This document shows positions 30,195 to 40,781 of a DNA stretch of 64,000 bases, piece by piece. Origin of the DNA: an uncultured SAR86 cluster bacterium (GTDB lineage: Bacteria > Pseudomonadota > Gammaproteobacteria > Magnimaribacterales > AG-339-G14); assembly GCA_902614235.1 (NCBI GenBank), contig CACMKG010000001.1, positions 212,401 through 276,400 of the forward strand. The letters run 5' to 3'. The number at the start of each line of letters is the position of its first letter. The stretch's first letter is position 1. The notes under the pieces were generated by a model. The model was given only the letters and a program-made list of their open reading frames with translations, was not told the origin of the DNA and searched no databases. A program made the translations under genes and the position numbers.

Positions 30195-31072
30195 TGTTCT
30201 CTCATGCGCCTGTGATGATTAATGAAAGCATCGATTCACTTGTACTAAATAAATCTGGAGCTTATTTGGATTGCACCTTTGGATTGGGAGGTCACTCAAA
30301 AGAAATTCTTAAGCGATTAAATTCAAAAGGCACTTTAAATTCAATAGATCAGGATCAAACGGTAATTGAGTATGCTAAAAAGATTCAAGATCCAAGATTT
30401 AAATTCGAATACTCAAAATTTTCAAAAATTGGAGAGCTTTTTATCAATAGAAAGTTCGATGGAATTTTGTTTGATTTAGGAGTTTCTTCTCTGCAATTAG
30501 ATGATGCTGCAAGAGGTTTTAGTTTTCAAAAAAATGGAAAGCTGGATATGAGAATGGATCAAAATGATAAAATTTCAGCTTTGGAATGGGTTAACAAAGC
30601 AAAAGAAAAAGAGATAGCAGATATTTTTTATTATCTGGGAGAAGAAAGAAAGTCCAGATTGTTTGCAAAAAGAGTCATCGAAAAAAGAAGAACTAAACCA
30701 ATTGAATCTACTGAAGATCTAGCTGAAGTAACTTATGCTGGAAAAAAATTTAGAAATTCAAAAAAACATCCCGCCACAAATATTTTTAGAGCTATAAGAA
30801 TTTTTATCAACAATGAACTTGAGGAAATTAAGAAAGCTCTGCAAGCCTCTATTGATCTTTTACAAGACAAAGGAAGATTAGTCGTCATATCTTTTCATTC
30901 AATGGAGGACAGGATCGTTAAAAATTTCTTAAAAGGGAAGCTAGATGATCAAGAAAATACTAATTCTATTCAAATCATAGGAAAAATAATTAAGCCTTCT
31001 CGAGAAGAGATAAATCTCAATGCAAGATCAAGAAGCGCTATTTTGAGAATTGGAGAAAAAACAAGTGGTTAG
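30194..31072 (+). CDS. rsmH: 16S rRNA m4C1402 methyltransferase RsmH
   Basis: 292 aa. Contains HAPVM, DCTFGLGGHS and SFHSMEDR. Confidence 0.93.
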   Translation: MFSHAPVMINESIDSLVLNKSGAYLDCTFGLGGHSKEILKRLNSKGTLNSIDQDQTVIEYAKKIQDPRFKFEYSKFSKIGELFINRKFDGILFDLGVSSLQLDDAARGFSFQKNGKLDMRMDQNDKISALEWVNKAKEKEIADIFYYLGEERKSRLFAKRVIEKRRTKPIESTEDLAEVTYAGKKFRNSKKHPATNIFRAIRIFINNELEEIKKALQASIDLLQDKGRLVVISFHSMEDRIVKNFLKGKLDDQENTNSIQIIGKIIKPSREEINLNARSRSAILRIGEKTSG

Positions 31073-31355
31073 CTTAATAAACAAATATTACTTAATTGCT
31101 TTCCTTGGAGTAGCGATCTCTTTTTTAGCTATTACAAAAATATATAACGTCAACGAGTTCAGAACATTAAATTCAAATCTTGATAATGAAAAATCAAAGA
31201 AACTGGTTTTAGAATCTAAGTTTATTGAATTGAATAATAAGCTTTTATATAAAAAATCTTTTATGGAAGCCAATAAAAAGTCTCAAATAAATCTTGCTAT
31301 GGTCAAGCCAAGAAAAATTGAAAAAATAATTTTTAGAGAAAAAAATGGAAATTAA
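31050..31355 (+). CDS. ftsL: Cell division protein FtsL (start uncertain: TTG 31050 or GTG 31065)
   Basis: About 100 aa bitopic protein with one TM followed by a coiled coil. Conserved slot after rsmH. No ATG start is available. Confidence 0.65.
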   Translation: MEKKQVVSLINKYYLIAFLGVAISFLAITKIYNVNEFRTLNSNLDNEKSKKLVLESKFIELNNKLLYKKSFMEANKKSQINLAMVKPRKIEKIIFREKNGN

Positions 31356-31812
31356 TAAAATAATAATTTCAATCTTTTTGGTTTTATCTTTTTCTGTTCA
31401 TTCTGAAGATAATGAAATCAAATCAAGAAATTGCCACTTCGTTTGGAATGAAATTTTTTGTCTTTCTCAAAATGGAAAATCTTTTGACAAAGAAGATTAT
31501 AAGAATTCAGATTTGGTTAAGCTTTCTGGACAAGAGCAAAGTGAGCTTGAATTGATAGATAGTTTTTATCTTATACAACAAGAAATCTTATTTCATAAAT
31601 TGATAATTAAGTCTATAGATCAAACTAGATCTGGGAATATAAAAGTTTTTCTAAAAGGAGGTCAAGAGATAAGATTTCAACAACATAAATTAGAAGATCA
31701 GCTCTCTCGCCTAAATCTATTTTTAATTTCAAGTGAATCAAAAAAATTAATTAATAATTTTAAATCCATAGATCTTAGATATAAAACTAAGATCGCAATT
31801 AACTATTTCTAA
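31345..31812 (+). CDS. ftsQ: Short FtsQ-like protein (beta domain only, POTRA region missing)
   Basis: 155 aa. N-terminal hydrophobic segment. GNIKVFLKGGQEIRF and the C-terminal SIDLRYKTKIAINY resemble the FtsQ/DivIB C-terminal domain (..vDlRYxnGxav). Directly precedes ftsA. Confidence 0.5.
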   Translation: MEINKIIISIFLVLSFSVHSEDNEIKSRNCHFVWNEIFCLSQNGKSFDKEDYKNSDLVKLSGQEQSELELIDSFYLIQQEILFHKLIIKSIDQTRSGNIKVFLKGGQEIRFQQHKLEDQLSRLNLFLISSESKKLINNFKSIDLRYKTKIAINYF

Positions 31813-33041
31813 TGGCTGCTAATAATTATCAAAATATTAAAATTGGAATTGATATAGGAACCTCAAAAGTAGTATGCCTTATAGCCGAGGCTTCACCTGA
31901 TGGAATAAATGTTATTGGTCTTGGCTCTCATCCGTCTAGAGGTTTGAGAGACGGCGTAGTAGTTGATATTGAATCTACAGTAAATGCTATAAGACAAGCT
32001 ACTGAAAGAGCAGAGATGATGTCAGGAATCGCAGTCAACAAAGCATATGTAGGTATTTCAGGAGGAAGTTCCTGTGGTCTAAATTCAGAGGGCGCAGTGC
32101 AAATTAGGGACAGAAAGGTCAAGGCTAGCGATGTAGATAAAGTTATAAATTCAGCAGGTGCGCAAAGTATTTCGGAAGGTCATAAAATGTTACACATCTT
32201 GCCTAGGGATTTTTTGATAGATCAACAAAGCGGGATAAAAGAACCCTTGGGGATGGCTGGAGTGAGATTAGAGGCAAAAGTCCATCTTGTTACCTGCAGT
32301 AAAAATGCTGCAGAAAATATTGATTCTTGTATGAAGGCATGCGGAATTTCTGTCGAAAATTATATTTTAGAACAACTGGCATCAAGTTATTCTGTCCTTA
32401 CAGAAGATGAAAAGAAATTAGGGGTATGTTTAATTGATCTTGGCGGCGGTACCTCAGATGTCGCAATTTTCATGGATGGATCTATTAGCCATACTGTGAA
32501 TATTCCTGTGGGTGGAGACCATGTTACAAATGATATCGCTAGAGCCATTCAAACTCCAACAAATCAAGCCGAAGAATTAAAGAAAAAGTATGGTTGTGCC
32601 TCGAGTGCTCTTACTAGGGAAGGTGAACAAATTTCTTCTCCTTCGATAAATGGAAGAACAGATAAAATTTTTTCTAGGCAAGCCTTATCTGATGTTATTG
32701 AACATCGATATGCTGAGATCTTTAATTTAATTAAACATAGACTTGGAATAAGCGATTATTCACAAGCATTGCCAGCTGGATTTGTATTAACAGGAGGAGC
32801 ATCAAAAATTGAAGGCATTTCTCAATTAGGAGAAGAAATATTTCAAATCCCTGTCAGAGTAGGTCAGCCAAGCGGATTAATAGGTTTAACAGATATTTTA
32901 AAAAATCCTGTTTACTCTACAGCAGTTGGATTAGTTTTGTATGGACAAAAAGAAACCGAAGAAGATTATCTTGATTTTGCATTTACTAGAAATAAAGGTT
33001 TAGTAAATCAAGCATTTAAATGGATTCAAAATAACTTTTAA
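31812..33041 (+). CDS. ftsA: Cell division protein FtsA
   Basis: 409 aa, actin fold (IGIDIGTSKV, DLGGGTSD). C-terminal amphipathic helix. Confidence 0.94.
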   Translation: MAANNYQNIKIGIDIGTSKVVCLIAEASPDGINVIGLGSHPSRGLRDGVVVDIESTVNAIRQATERAEMMSGIAVNKAYVGISGGSSCGLNSEGAVQIRDRKVKASDVDKVINSAGAQSISEGHKMLHILPRDFLIDQQSGIKEPLGMAGVRLEAKVHLVTCSKNAAENIDSCMKACGISVENYILEQLASSYSVLTEDEKKLGVCLIDLGGGTSDVAIFMDGSISHTVNIPVGGDHVTNDIARAIQTPTNQAEELKKKYGCASSALTREGEQISSPSINGRTDKIFSRQALSDVIEHRYAEIFNLIKHRLGISDYSQALPAGFVLTGGASKIEGISQLGEEIFQIPVRVGQPSGLIGLTDILKNPVYSTAVGLVLYGQKETEEDYLDFAFTRNKGLVNQAFKWIQNNF

Positions 33042-33059
33042 ATTTTATAGGAGGCAACT

Positions 33060-34181
33060 ATGAACTGGAAAGTAATTGAAAAAACTGGGAAACCAGGTGC
33101 TCTAATTAGAGTAGTTGGAGTAGGAGGTTGTGGCGGAAACGCTGTTGATCATATGGTTAAAAGCGGACTAGAAGGAGTGGAAACACTCGCAATAAATACC
33201 GATAGCCAAGCTTTGGAAAATAGTAAGGCCGACATTAAGCACATGTTGGGCGAATTAACTAATAGCGGTCAAGGAGCAGGAGCAAAACCAGAAGTTGGAA
33301 GAGAAACTGCTTTAGATGATTACGATCGTTTAGAAGCACTTTTAGAAGGTTCTGATATGGTATTTATAGCCGCAGGAATGGGAAAAGGGACAGGAACAGG
33401 AGCATCTCCTATTGTAGCCCAAGTAGCAAAATCTATAGGAGCATTAACTGTAGCCGTAGTTACCAAGCCATTAAAGCTAGAAAGGAAAGACGAAATTGCC
33501 GAAAAAGGTATTGAGGCTCTAAGGTCTGAAGTTGACTCTCTTATTACAATTCCTAATCAGAAATTGACCGAGGTCTTTGGAGGAGACTGTGATTTTACTG
33601 AAGCTTTTGCACATGGAAATGATGTTTTGTTAGGAGCTGTCAGAGGAATTTCAGATATTATCACTAGCGTTGGGACCGTTAATGTTGATTTTCAGGATGT
33701 CAAAACTGTAATGTCTGAACAAGGTACTGCAATGATGGGGACTGGTATTGCTTCTGGACATAGCAGAGCTTTAGACGCAACTACGGATGCTATTGGAAGC
33801 CCGCTTCTTGAGGATATCAGTTTGCAAAACGCCAAAGGAATATTAGTAAATATGACTGGAGGAGAAAAAGTAACAATTGGAGAGATAGAAAAAATTCTTG
33901 AGCAAGTCAATGAATTTGCTGCAGAAGGAGTTCAAATAATTCATGGAGTTGCAATCGATAAAACCATGAACAAAGACGATCTAAAAGTTACTATTGTCGC
34001 TACTGGTCTTGGGGATGGTAAGAAGAAATCAAGCTTTAGTTCCGACGCAATGGGAATAAGAGATTCTTCAATCCCATCTATAAACTCTGTCAAGCCTATA
34101 AATGATTTGCAAGAAATCGAAACGGAAGCTTCATTAGATTATCTTGATGTACCTTCATTTGTTAAACGTCAAATAGACTAG
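33060..34181 (+). CDS. ftsZ: Cell division protein FtsZ
   Basis: 373 aa. Tubulin signature GMGKGTGTGASP. C-terminal peptide DYLDVPSFVKRQ. Confidence 0.97.
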   Translation: MNWKVIEKTGKPGALIRVVGVGGCGGNAVDHMVKSGLEGVETLAINTDSQALENSKADIKHMLGELTNSGQGAGAKPEVGRETALDDYDRLEALLEGSDMVFIAAGMGKGTGTGASPIVAQVAKSIGALTVAVVTKPLKLERKDEIAEKGIEALRSEVDSLITIPNQKLTEVFGGDCDFTEAFAHGNDVLLGAVRGISDIITSVGTVNVDFQDVKTVMSEQGTAMMGTGIASGHSRALDATTDAIGSPLLEDISLQNAKGILVNMTGGEKVTIGEIEKILEQVNEFAAEGVQIIHGVAIDKTMNKDDLKVTIVATGLGDGKKKSSFSSDAMGIRDSSIPSINSVKPINDLQEIETEASLDYLDVPSFVKRQID

Positions 34182-34182
34182 T

Positions 34183-35811
34183 TTGAATTTTGAACTTACA
34201 AGCAAATACAGAGAATTAATAGTTTGGTTCTTTGTATTTTGCTTGTTGGTTTCACTACCAATAAGATTTTATTTTTTACAAAAATATGAGTTTGAGACAG
34301 CTCTAAATAAATCAAAGGCTAGTTCAGAAAGGACATTAAAACTTTTATCTAGAAGAGGAAAAATACTTGATAGAAATTTTCAAATTTTAGCTGAAGATAT
34401 TCCTTCATATGAAGTAGGAATACAAGTAAATAATTTTTCCTTTGATCCATCTCATATTTCTTCAATATCAAGAATTTTAGATATTGATTCAAAAAATCTT
34501 AAAAATAAGCTTTCTAATAAAAAAAGGAAATATATAGTTTTGAATCATAATGCTTCTCAAGATGAACTTAACAAACTCAAAGAAGAAAAAATTCCTGGAA
34601 TTAGAAGTATTTATAAATATAAAAGAAGCTATCCTGAAGGAGAAATTCTTTCTCAAGTTGTAGGACTTACAAATTTCGAAAATAAAGGACAAGAGGGTAT
34701 TGAGTTATCGGTAAATAAAAAACTATCTGGTAAAGATGGCTTCAAAAAATATGTTAGGACAAATAAAGGTGAAATTATTGAAACTCAAATAATTCCACCA
34801 AATCACGGGCAGGACATCACAACAACATTGGATGCAAAGCTTCAATATCTTGTATACCAAGAATTAAAAAAGGCTTTTGATTACTATAAAGCTTCATCTG
34901 CATCTGCAATCTTAGTAGATCTGAAATCTAAGGATATTTTAGCAATGGCTAACTATCCTAGTTTCAATCCGAACGATAGAAGAGGTATGAATCCAAATCT
35001 TCTCGCAAATAGATCTGCTACAGATTTGTTTGAACCAGGCTCTACGGTAAAACCACTTGCTCTTGCAGGTTTGCTTCAAGAAGACGTTATTTACAAAGAT
35101 ACAATAGTTAAAACTTCTCCTGGATATATTGAGTATGAGGGTTTTTTAACCAGTGATTTTAAAGATTATGGAACTCTAAATTTGTCCGATGTTATTTCTA
35201 AATCGAGTAATGTTGCTATGGTTAAACTTTGTGATAAATCAAATTCAGAAGAAATAATAAAGAACTTTTACAAATGGGGTTTTGGAAAATATATAAATGA
35301 AATTTTTATTTCAAATAGGGAGGGTTTTTTACCTTCGAGTGCAGATTTGTCAGCAAGAGAAAAAGTAAGTCTTTGTTATGGATACGGTCTTCAAGTTACA
35401 TTAATTCAATTGGTTGGAGCTTATACTGCTTTGTTTTCAAATGGGCAATTTCAGGGATTAAATTTAATTTCTGGATCTTATAACGTTAATGAAAATGAAA
35501 TAATTTCATCAGAAATTGCAGAGGAAATAAAAATTATGCTTTCTGAAGCTGTGAATAATGGAACAGGAAGAAATGCTTTGGTGAAGAACACAAGAATTAT
35601 CGGCAAAACTGGAACTACAAAAAGGTTAACAAATCAGGGATATAATGAAGAATCTTTTAACGCAAGTTTCATTGGAATGGCCGAGTTAGATGATAAAGAT
35701 TATGTTTTGGGCATCTTAGTTAGAGATGCAAAAGAAAATGGGGAAGGTGGAGGCCAAGTAGCAGCGCCTGTATTTTCAAAAATAATAAAAAGCATACAAA
35801 ACACTCTCTAA
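34183..35811 (+). CDS. ftsI: Peptidoglycan D,D-transpeptidase FtsI (PBP3)
   Basis: 542 aa with a TTG start. TM anchor, SxxK (STVKP), SxN (SSN) and KTG (KTGT). Confidence 0.9.
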   Translation: MNFELTSKYRELIVWFFVFCLLVSLPIRFYFLQKYEFETALNKSKASSERTLKLLSRRGKILDRNFQILAEDIPSYEVGIQVNNFSFDPSHISSISRILDIDSKNLKNKLSNKKRKYIVLNHNASQDELNKLKEEKIPGIRSIYKYKRSYPEGEILSQVVGLTNFENKGQEGIELSVNKKLSGKDGFKKYVRTNKGEIIETQIIPPNHGQDITTTLDAKLQYLVYQELKKAFDYYKASSASAILVDLKSKDILAMANYPSFNPNDRRGMNPNLLANRSATDLFEPGSTVKPLALAGLLQEDVIYKDTIVKTSPGYIEYEGFLTSDFKDYGTLNLSDVISKSSNVAMVKLCDKSNSEEIIKNFYKWGFGKYINEIFISNREGFLPSSADLSAREKVSLCYGYGLQVTLIQLVGAYTALFSNGQFQGLNLISGSYNVNENEIISSEIAEEIKIMLSEAVNNGTGRNALVKNTRIIGKTGTTKRLTNQGYNEESFNASFIGMAELDDKDYVLGILVRDAKENGEGGGQVAAPVFSKIIKSIQNTL

Positions 35812-37229
35812 TGAAATTTAAAGAATTATTGCCTGAGTATTCAGGAAAGGTTTCTGATGATGAGTTAAGTTCAGTAGCTTTAAACTCTCAAGAGATATCT
35901 AAAGGGGACTTATATATTTCTATAGCAAAAGATATTTCTCTTCAAAAAAAATATTGCCAGGAAGCTCTGAAAAATGGAGCTAGTTTTGCGTTGACTAATA
36001 ATCTTTCGATTCAAAATATACCTAAGAAAATCATTTTTGTTAAAAACTTAGAAAGAAAGCTTGGACTTTTAAGTAACAAATTTTTCGAAAATCCTTCAAA
36101 AAAAATTACAGTTTTTGGAATAACTGGAACTAATGGGAAATCATCTGTTTCTTATTATTTGTTTCAATTATTTAATCAAATTAAAAAAAGTAGCGGGTTA
36201 ATTTCTAATATTAATTTAAAAAATCCTGGAATTTGTATTTCAAAATTAACTACTCCAGACATCTTTAGCTTAAATAAAATTTTAAATGACTTTTTAATGA
36301 ATAATAAAGAGGCTGCAATATTTGAAGTTTCGTCACATGGAATAAAACAAAAGAGAATTGATGGAATAAATTTTGATTATGGATGCTTAACAAGTTTTTC
36401 AAGAGACCATCTTGATTATCACTCATCGATGAAAGAATATGAAAAAGTAAAAGAATCTTTTTTTGCAGATAATAAATTTAAAGGAGGGGTTATAAACGCA
36501 GATTCAAAAATTGGTAAAAGAATACTACTAAAAAATAAAGAATTCGTATCAATATCGATGGAAGATAAAAAATCAGATATTTTTATAGAAAAGAATAAAA
36601 GTAAAAAAGTAATTAATTCACCGTGGGGAAATTTAGAAATGCCGAATCAAATTTTTGCTGATTATAAAATGTTTAATATTGCTGCTGCTTTAGGACTTTT
36701 CTGTCTTTCTCTAAACAAAATTAATTTAAGAAAATTAAATCTAGAAAAAATTAAAGATCTACCAGGTAGACTTGAAAAAATTAATGTTGCTTCAAATAAA
36801 TATTGCTATATTGACTACGCTCATACTCCTGATGCATTGGAAAAAGTTCTCCAATCTTTAAAAAATAAATATCGAGGAAACTTGATATGTTTATTCGGTT
36901 GTGGAGGAGATCGAGATCAGGGCAAAAGAGTTTTAATGGGATCGGTCGCAGATTCACTGGCAGATAAAATTATCTTAACAGATGACAATCCAAGGTTTGA
37001 AAACCCGAACCAGATTGTTATGCATATATCTGAGGGAATAAAAGATTTTAAAAAAGTAAAAATAATTTCTGATCGAACAAAAGCTATTAAATATGGTCTA
37101 AAACTTCTAAGGGAAGATAGGAAAGAATCAGTATTGTTGCTTGCAGGAAAGGGACACGAGTTTAATCAGGAAATCAAAAGAAAGACTTTTCACAGTAATG
37201 ACTATGAAATAGTCAGGAGCCTTATTTAA
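35811..37229 (+). CDS. murE: UDP-MurNAc-tripeptide synthetase MurE (meso-DAP type)
   Basis: 472 aa. GITGTNGKSS P-loop. DNPR motif (LTDDNPRFE). Confidence 0.92.
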   Translation: MKFKELLPEYSGKVSDDELSSVALNSQEISKGDLYISIAKDISLQKKYCQEALKNGASFALTNNLSIQNIPKKIIFVKNLERKLGLLSNKFFENPSKKITVFGITGTNGKSSVSYYLFQLFNQIKKSSGLISNINLKNPGICISKLTTPDIFSLNKILNDFLMNNKEAAIFEVSSHGIKQKRIDGINFDYGCLTSFSRDHLDYHSSMKEYEKVKESFFADNKFKGGVINADSKIGKRILLKNKEFVSISMEDKKSDIFIEKNKSKKVINSPWGNLEMPNQIFADYKMFNIAAALGLFCLSLNKINLRKLNLEKIKDLPGRLEKINVASNKYCYIDYAHTPDALEKVLQSLKNKYRGNLICLFGCGGDRDQGKRVLMGSVADSLADKIILTDDNPRFENPNQIVMHISEGIKDFKKVKIISDRTKAIKYGLKLLREDRKESVLLLAGKGHEFNQEIKRKTFHSNDYEIVRSLI

Positions 37230-38483
37230 TTGTTAACAGAACATAAGTTAAGCAATATCTCAAAAATCGGTAGATCCAATTTAATTGGAAACGATACTTT
37301 TTTTAATAATATTTCAACTGATACTAGAGTTTTATCAAAAGGGGATATTTTTTTAGCATTAGTCGGGTCAAATTACGACGGACATGATTTTATTAATGAG
37401 GCATTTGATAAGGGCGCAAGTTGTGTAATTTCTGAAAAATACTTGACTGGAAAAACATACATAAAAACTGAAAATAGTTTTTTATTTTTGGAGAAATTAG
37501 CTAATTTTCAAAGATCAAAATTCAGAAAAGATATTATTGCCATCACAGGTAGTAATGGAAAGACTTCAACTAAGGAAATTCTTTTTCAAATAGTTGATGG
37601 ATTATATGAAAATAAAGATTTCGTATTTAAGTCTCCAGGAAACTGGAATAACAAATTAGGCTTATATTTATCTTTGCTTGGTCTTAAAAATAATCATGAA
37701 TTAGCTATTTTTGAAATTGGTACTAATGCCGAAGGAGAGATAAAAGAATTAGCGTCTTTTTTAAAACCTAATATAGGAGTTATTACAAATATTGGTATTT
37801 CTCATTTAGAGGGATTAAAAAGTATTGATGGTGTTTTCGAAGAAAAAACAGACCTTTTTAGTTTTGTTTCATCAAATGGAACGTGCTTGATAAGAGCTAA
37901 AAATGAATACCTAGAAAAAGCAAAAGAAAAAATAAAAAAAAGAAAAAAAATATTTTTAACAATTAAAGAAACCCAGAGTTTCGATCAAAACTTTGAGATG
38001 GCTGAGGCTGTAATTTCTTGTTTGCCAGAAAAAATTAAAAAAAAATATCATTCTTCAAAACAAAACATTGAAGATCTTGAAAAAAAATCAACCGTTCCTG
38101 GTAGACAAAAATTACTGATCGGAAAAAATAAAGTTAATTTGATAGATGATACTTATAATGCAAATCCTGATTCTTTTCGAGCTGCTTTCCAAAAAATAAG
38201 AACAATGTCTTACAAAAATAAAATCTGCGTCATGGGAAAAATGAATGAACTTGGAGATCAATCTCAATATCTTGAAGACAAAGTTATAAAAGATGCTTTA
38301 GATATATTTGATCAAGTTATAGCACTTAATTTAGATTCAAATATTAAAGCTAATAATTTTAAAATTGTAAATTCAGAATCAATTTTTAAAAATTTAGAAA
38401 TGTTTATTAATAAAGATTCGGTAATTCTCTTTAAGGCATCTAGATCAGTTAAAATGGAGGAAATAGTTAAACTATTTTTATAA
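37230..38483 (+). CDS. murF: UDP-MurNAc-pentapeptide synthetase MurF
   Basis: 417 aa with a TTG start. [11 protein letters not shown]-loop. dcw order. Confidence 0.88.
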   Translation: MLTEHKLSNISKIGRSNLIGNDTFFNNISTDTRVLSKGDIFLALVGSNYDGHDFINEAFDKGASCVISEKYLTGKTYIKTENSFLFLEKLANFQRSKFRKDIIAITGSNGKTSTKEILFQIVDGLYENKDFVFKSPGNWNNKLGLYLSLLGLKNNHELAIFEIGTNAEGEIKELASFLKPNIGVITNIGISHLEGLKSIDGVFEEKTDLFSFVSSNGTCLIRAKNEYLEKAKEKIKKRKKIFLTIKETQSFDQNFEMAEAVISCLPEKIKKKYHSSKQNIEDLEKKSTVPGRQKLLIGKNKVNLIDDTYNANPDSFRAAFQKIRTMSYKNKICVMGKMNELGDQSQYLEDKVIKDALDIFDQVIALNLDSNIKANNFKIVNSESIFKNLEMFINKDSVILFKASRSVKMEEIVKLFL

Positions 38484-38484
38484 A

Positions 38485-39567
38485 ATGTTTTTACCTTTAT
38501 TAGATTATCTTTCAGAAAGTTATGGCCCATTTAGAGTTTTTAATTATTTAACTTTTAGAGCAATACTCTCAACATTAACTGCTTTGGTCTTTTGTCTTTT
38601 TTTCGGTAATCCAATAATAAAATATTTAAAAAATAAAAATTATGGTCAAGTAATAAGATCAATAGGACCAGAATCACATTTAGAAAAAGGAGGAACTCCT
38701 ACCATGGGAGGCATATTGATATTAGCTGCCATCATTTTTTCTTGTTTATGTTGGGGAGATTTAGAAAGTAAATTTTTATGGATTTTATTATTTATAATTT
38801 CATCTTTCGGAATTATCGGATTTCTGGACGATTATTTAAAATTAAAAAATCAAAGTAGTGACGGGTTATCAGGCAAAAGTAAGCTTTTTTGGCAATTTTC
38901 TTTTGCCACAATTGCAGTTTTAATTTTATATTTTTCCGCTGAAACTTCACAAGAAACAAGCTTGATACTTCCCTTTTTTAAAGAATTCTCTCTCGAATTA
39001 GGAATTTGGTTTATCTTTCTTTCTTTGTTTGTCATTGTCGGAACAAGCAATGCTGTAAATCTTACTGATGGATTAGATGGTTTGGCAATAATGCCCTCAG
39101 TAATGGTGGCTGGAGGATTAGGCGTTGTCGCTTATATGTCAGGAAATATAATTCTTTCTGATTATTTAAATATTCCTTATTTACCAAACTCAGGTGAAAT
39201 TTTAATCGTATGTGGAGCGCTTATCGGAGCTGGAATTGGATTTTTATGGTTCAACACCTATCCTGCACAAATATTCATGGGAGATGTAGGATCACTTTCT
39301 TTGGGAGCAGCAATAGGGACAATTGCTGTAATGGTAAGACAAGAAGTAATTTTAGCTATTATGGGAGGAGTATTTGTTATGGAAACTCTTTCTGTAATTA
39401 TTCAAGTAGTTTCATTTAAATTACGAGGTAAAAGAGTATTTAAAATGTCTCCTATTCATCATCATTTTGAATTATCTGGATGGGCGGAACCGAAAATTAT
39501 AGTTAGATTTTGGATCATAACCTTGATATTGGTTTTATTTGCTCTTGCAACTTTTAGGCTGAGATAG
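38485..39567 (+). CDS. mraY: Phospho-N-acetylmuramoyl-pentapeptide transferase
   Basis: 360 aa polytopic protein. Contains [13 protein letters not shown] and HHHFE. Confidence 0.96.
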   Translation: MFLPLLDYLSESYGPFRVFNYLTFRAILSTLTALVFCLFFGNPIIKYLKNKNYGQVIRSIGPESHLEKGGTPTMGGILILAAIIFSCLCWGDLESKFLWILLFIISSFGIIGFLDDYLKLKNQSSDGLSGKSKLFWQFSFATIAVLILYFSAETSQETSLILPFFKEFSLELGIWFIFLSLFVIVGTSNAVNLTDGLDGLAIMPSVMVAGGLGVVAYMSGNIILSDYLNIPYLPNSGEILIVCGALIGAGIGFLWFNTYPAQIFMGDVGSLSLGAAIGTIAVMVRQEVILAIMGGVFVMETLSVIIQVVSFKLRGKRVFKMSPIHHHFELSGWAEPKIIVRFWIITLILVLFALATFRLR

Positions 39568-39584
39568 ATTTTGTGGTGTTTTAG

Positions 39585-40781
39585 ATGGAATCCGTCTTAA
39601 TCCTTGGAACAGGTTTGACCGGACGATCAGTTGCAAGATACCTGAAAGATAAATCTCTCTTTAATTTTTTTGATACTAGAACTAAAGAAGAACTTTCTCA
39701 GATTTTTAGTGATAACCGAGAGTTTCTAGAAAATTTAAAACCCTATAATCAAATTGACTTAAATAATTATTCGCGAGTTATTTGCTCTCCAGGATTTGAC
39801 ATAAAACATAAGATTTATCAAAACATTATTAGAAAAAAAATTCCGATAGAAACAGATATTGAAATTTTTACTAAGAAGCATGATTCCAAAAAAATATTAA
39901 TCACTGGAACTAATGGAAAGTCAACGGTTTGTTCGATGTTAGAAAAAATTTTAATAAGTAATGGTTTTAAAGCTAAAGCAATAGGCAATATTGGGTTACC
40001 TGTTTTGGACTGCATTGAAGAAAATTTAGATTATTCTCTCATAGAGGTTTCAAGCTTCCATTTAAAAATAAGTAATAATTTACATTGCGATGTCGCAACA
40101 ATCTTAAACATTACTGAAGATCATATGGATTACCATAAAACATTTGAGGACTATTTAAAAACAAAGAATTCTATCTTCAATAAAGCAAAAGTTAAAATTG
40201 GAAATGAAGCCAATAAACATGTTATCTCTGATGTGGATATTTTTTTTAGTACTCAAAACTTGGAAATTGAAGAACAAAATTTAAATGCTATCAATGCTAT
40301 TTTAAAATCTTTAAATTTGGAAATTGATTCAAGGAATTCTCTAGAAAACTATTCAAAACTTGAACACAGATTTGAAATCTTTCACAAAGACAAAAAAGGA
40401 AGGATCTTTATAAATGATTCTAAAGCGACAAATATTGGCGCTGCTAAAGAAGCAGTTAAGAGTGCAAAAAAATTAGGAGAGGTTAGTGTTTTATGTGGAG
40501 GTAGAGGTAAGGGCGTGGATTTTAATGAATTTTCTAATTTTTTATCAATAAATTGCAAAAATATTATTTTATTTGGTGAAGACAAGGATCAAATTAAGAG
40601 AAATATTTCAAAAGAAAAATTATTTGAAGCTAAAGATTTAAAAGAAGCTACTGAAATTGCAAAAAAAATAACTCTTTCAGATGAAGTGATTCTTTTGTCA
40701 CCAGCTTGTTCAAGTTTTGATGCTTTTCCAAGTTATGAAGAAAGGGGAAATATTTTTAAAGAAACGGTCTTAAATGAATAA
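39585..40781 (+). CDS. murD: UDP-MurNAc-L-Ala D-glutamate ligase
   Basis: 398 aa. ITGTNGKST P-loop. dcw order. Confidence 0.9.
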   Translation: MESVLILGTGLTGRSVARYLKDKSLFNFFDTRTKEELSQIFSDNREFLENLKPYNQIDLNNYSRVICSPGFDIKHKIYQNIIRKKIPIETDIEIFTKKHDSKKILITGTNGKSTVCSMLEKILISNGFKAKAIGNIGLPVLDCIEENLDYSLIEVSSFHLKISNNLHCDVATILNITEDHMDYHKTFEDYLKTKNSIFNKAKVKIGNEANKHVISDVDIFFSTQNLEIEEQNLNAINAILKSLNLEIDSRNSLENYSKLEHRFEIFHKDKKGRIFINDSKATNIGAAKEAVKSAKKLGEVSVLCGGRGKGVDFNEFSNFLSINCKNIILFGEDKDQIKRNISKEKLFEAKDLKEATEIAKKITLSDEVILLSPACSSFDAFPSYEERGNIFKETVLNE

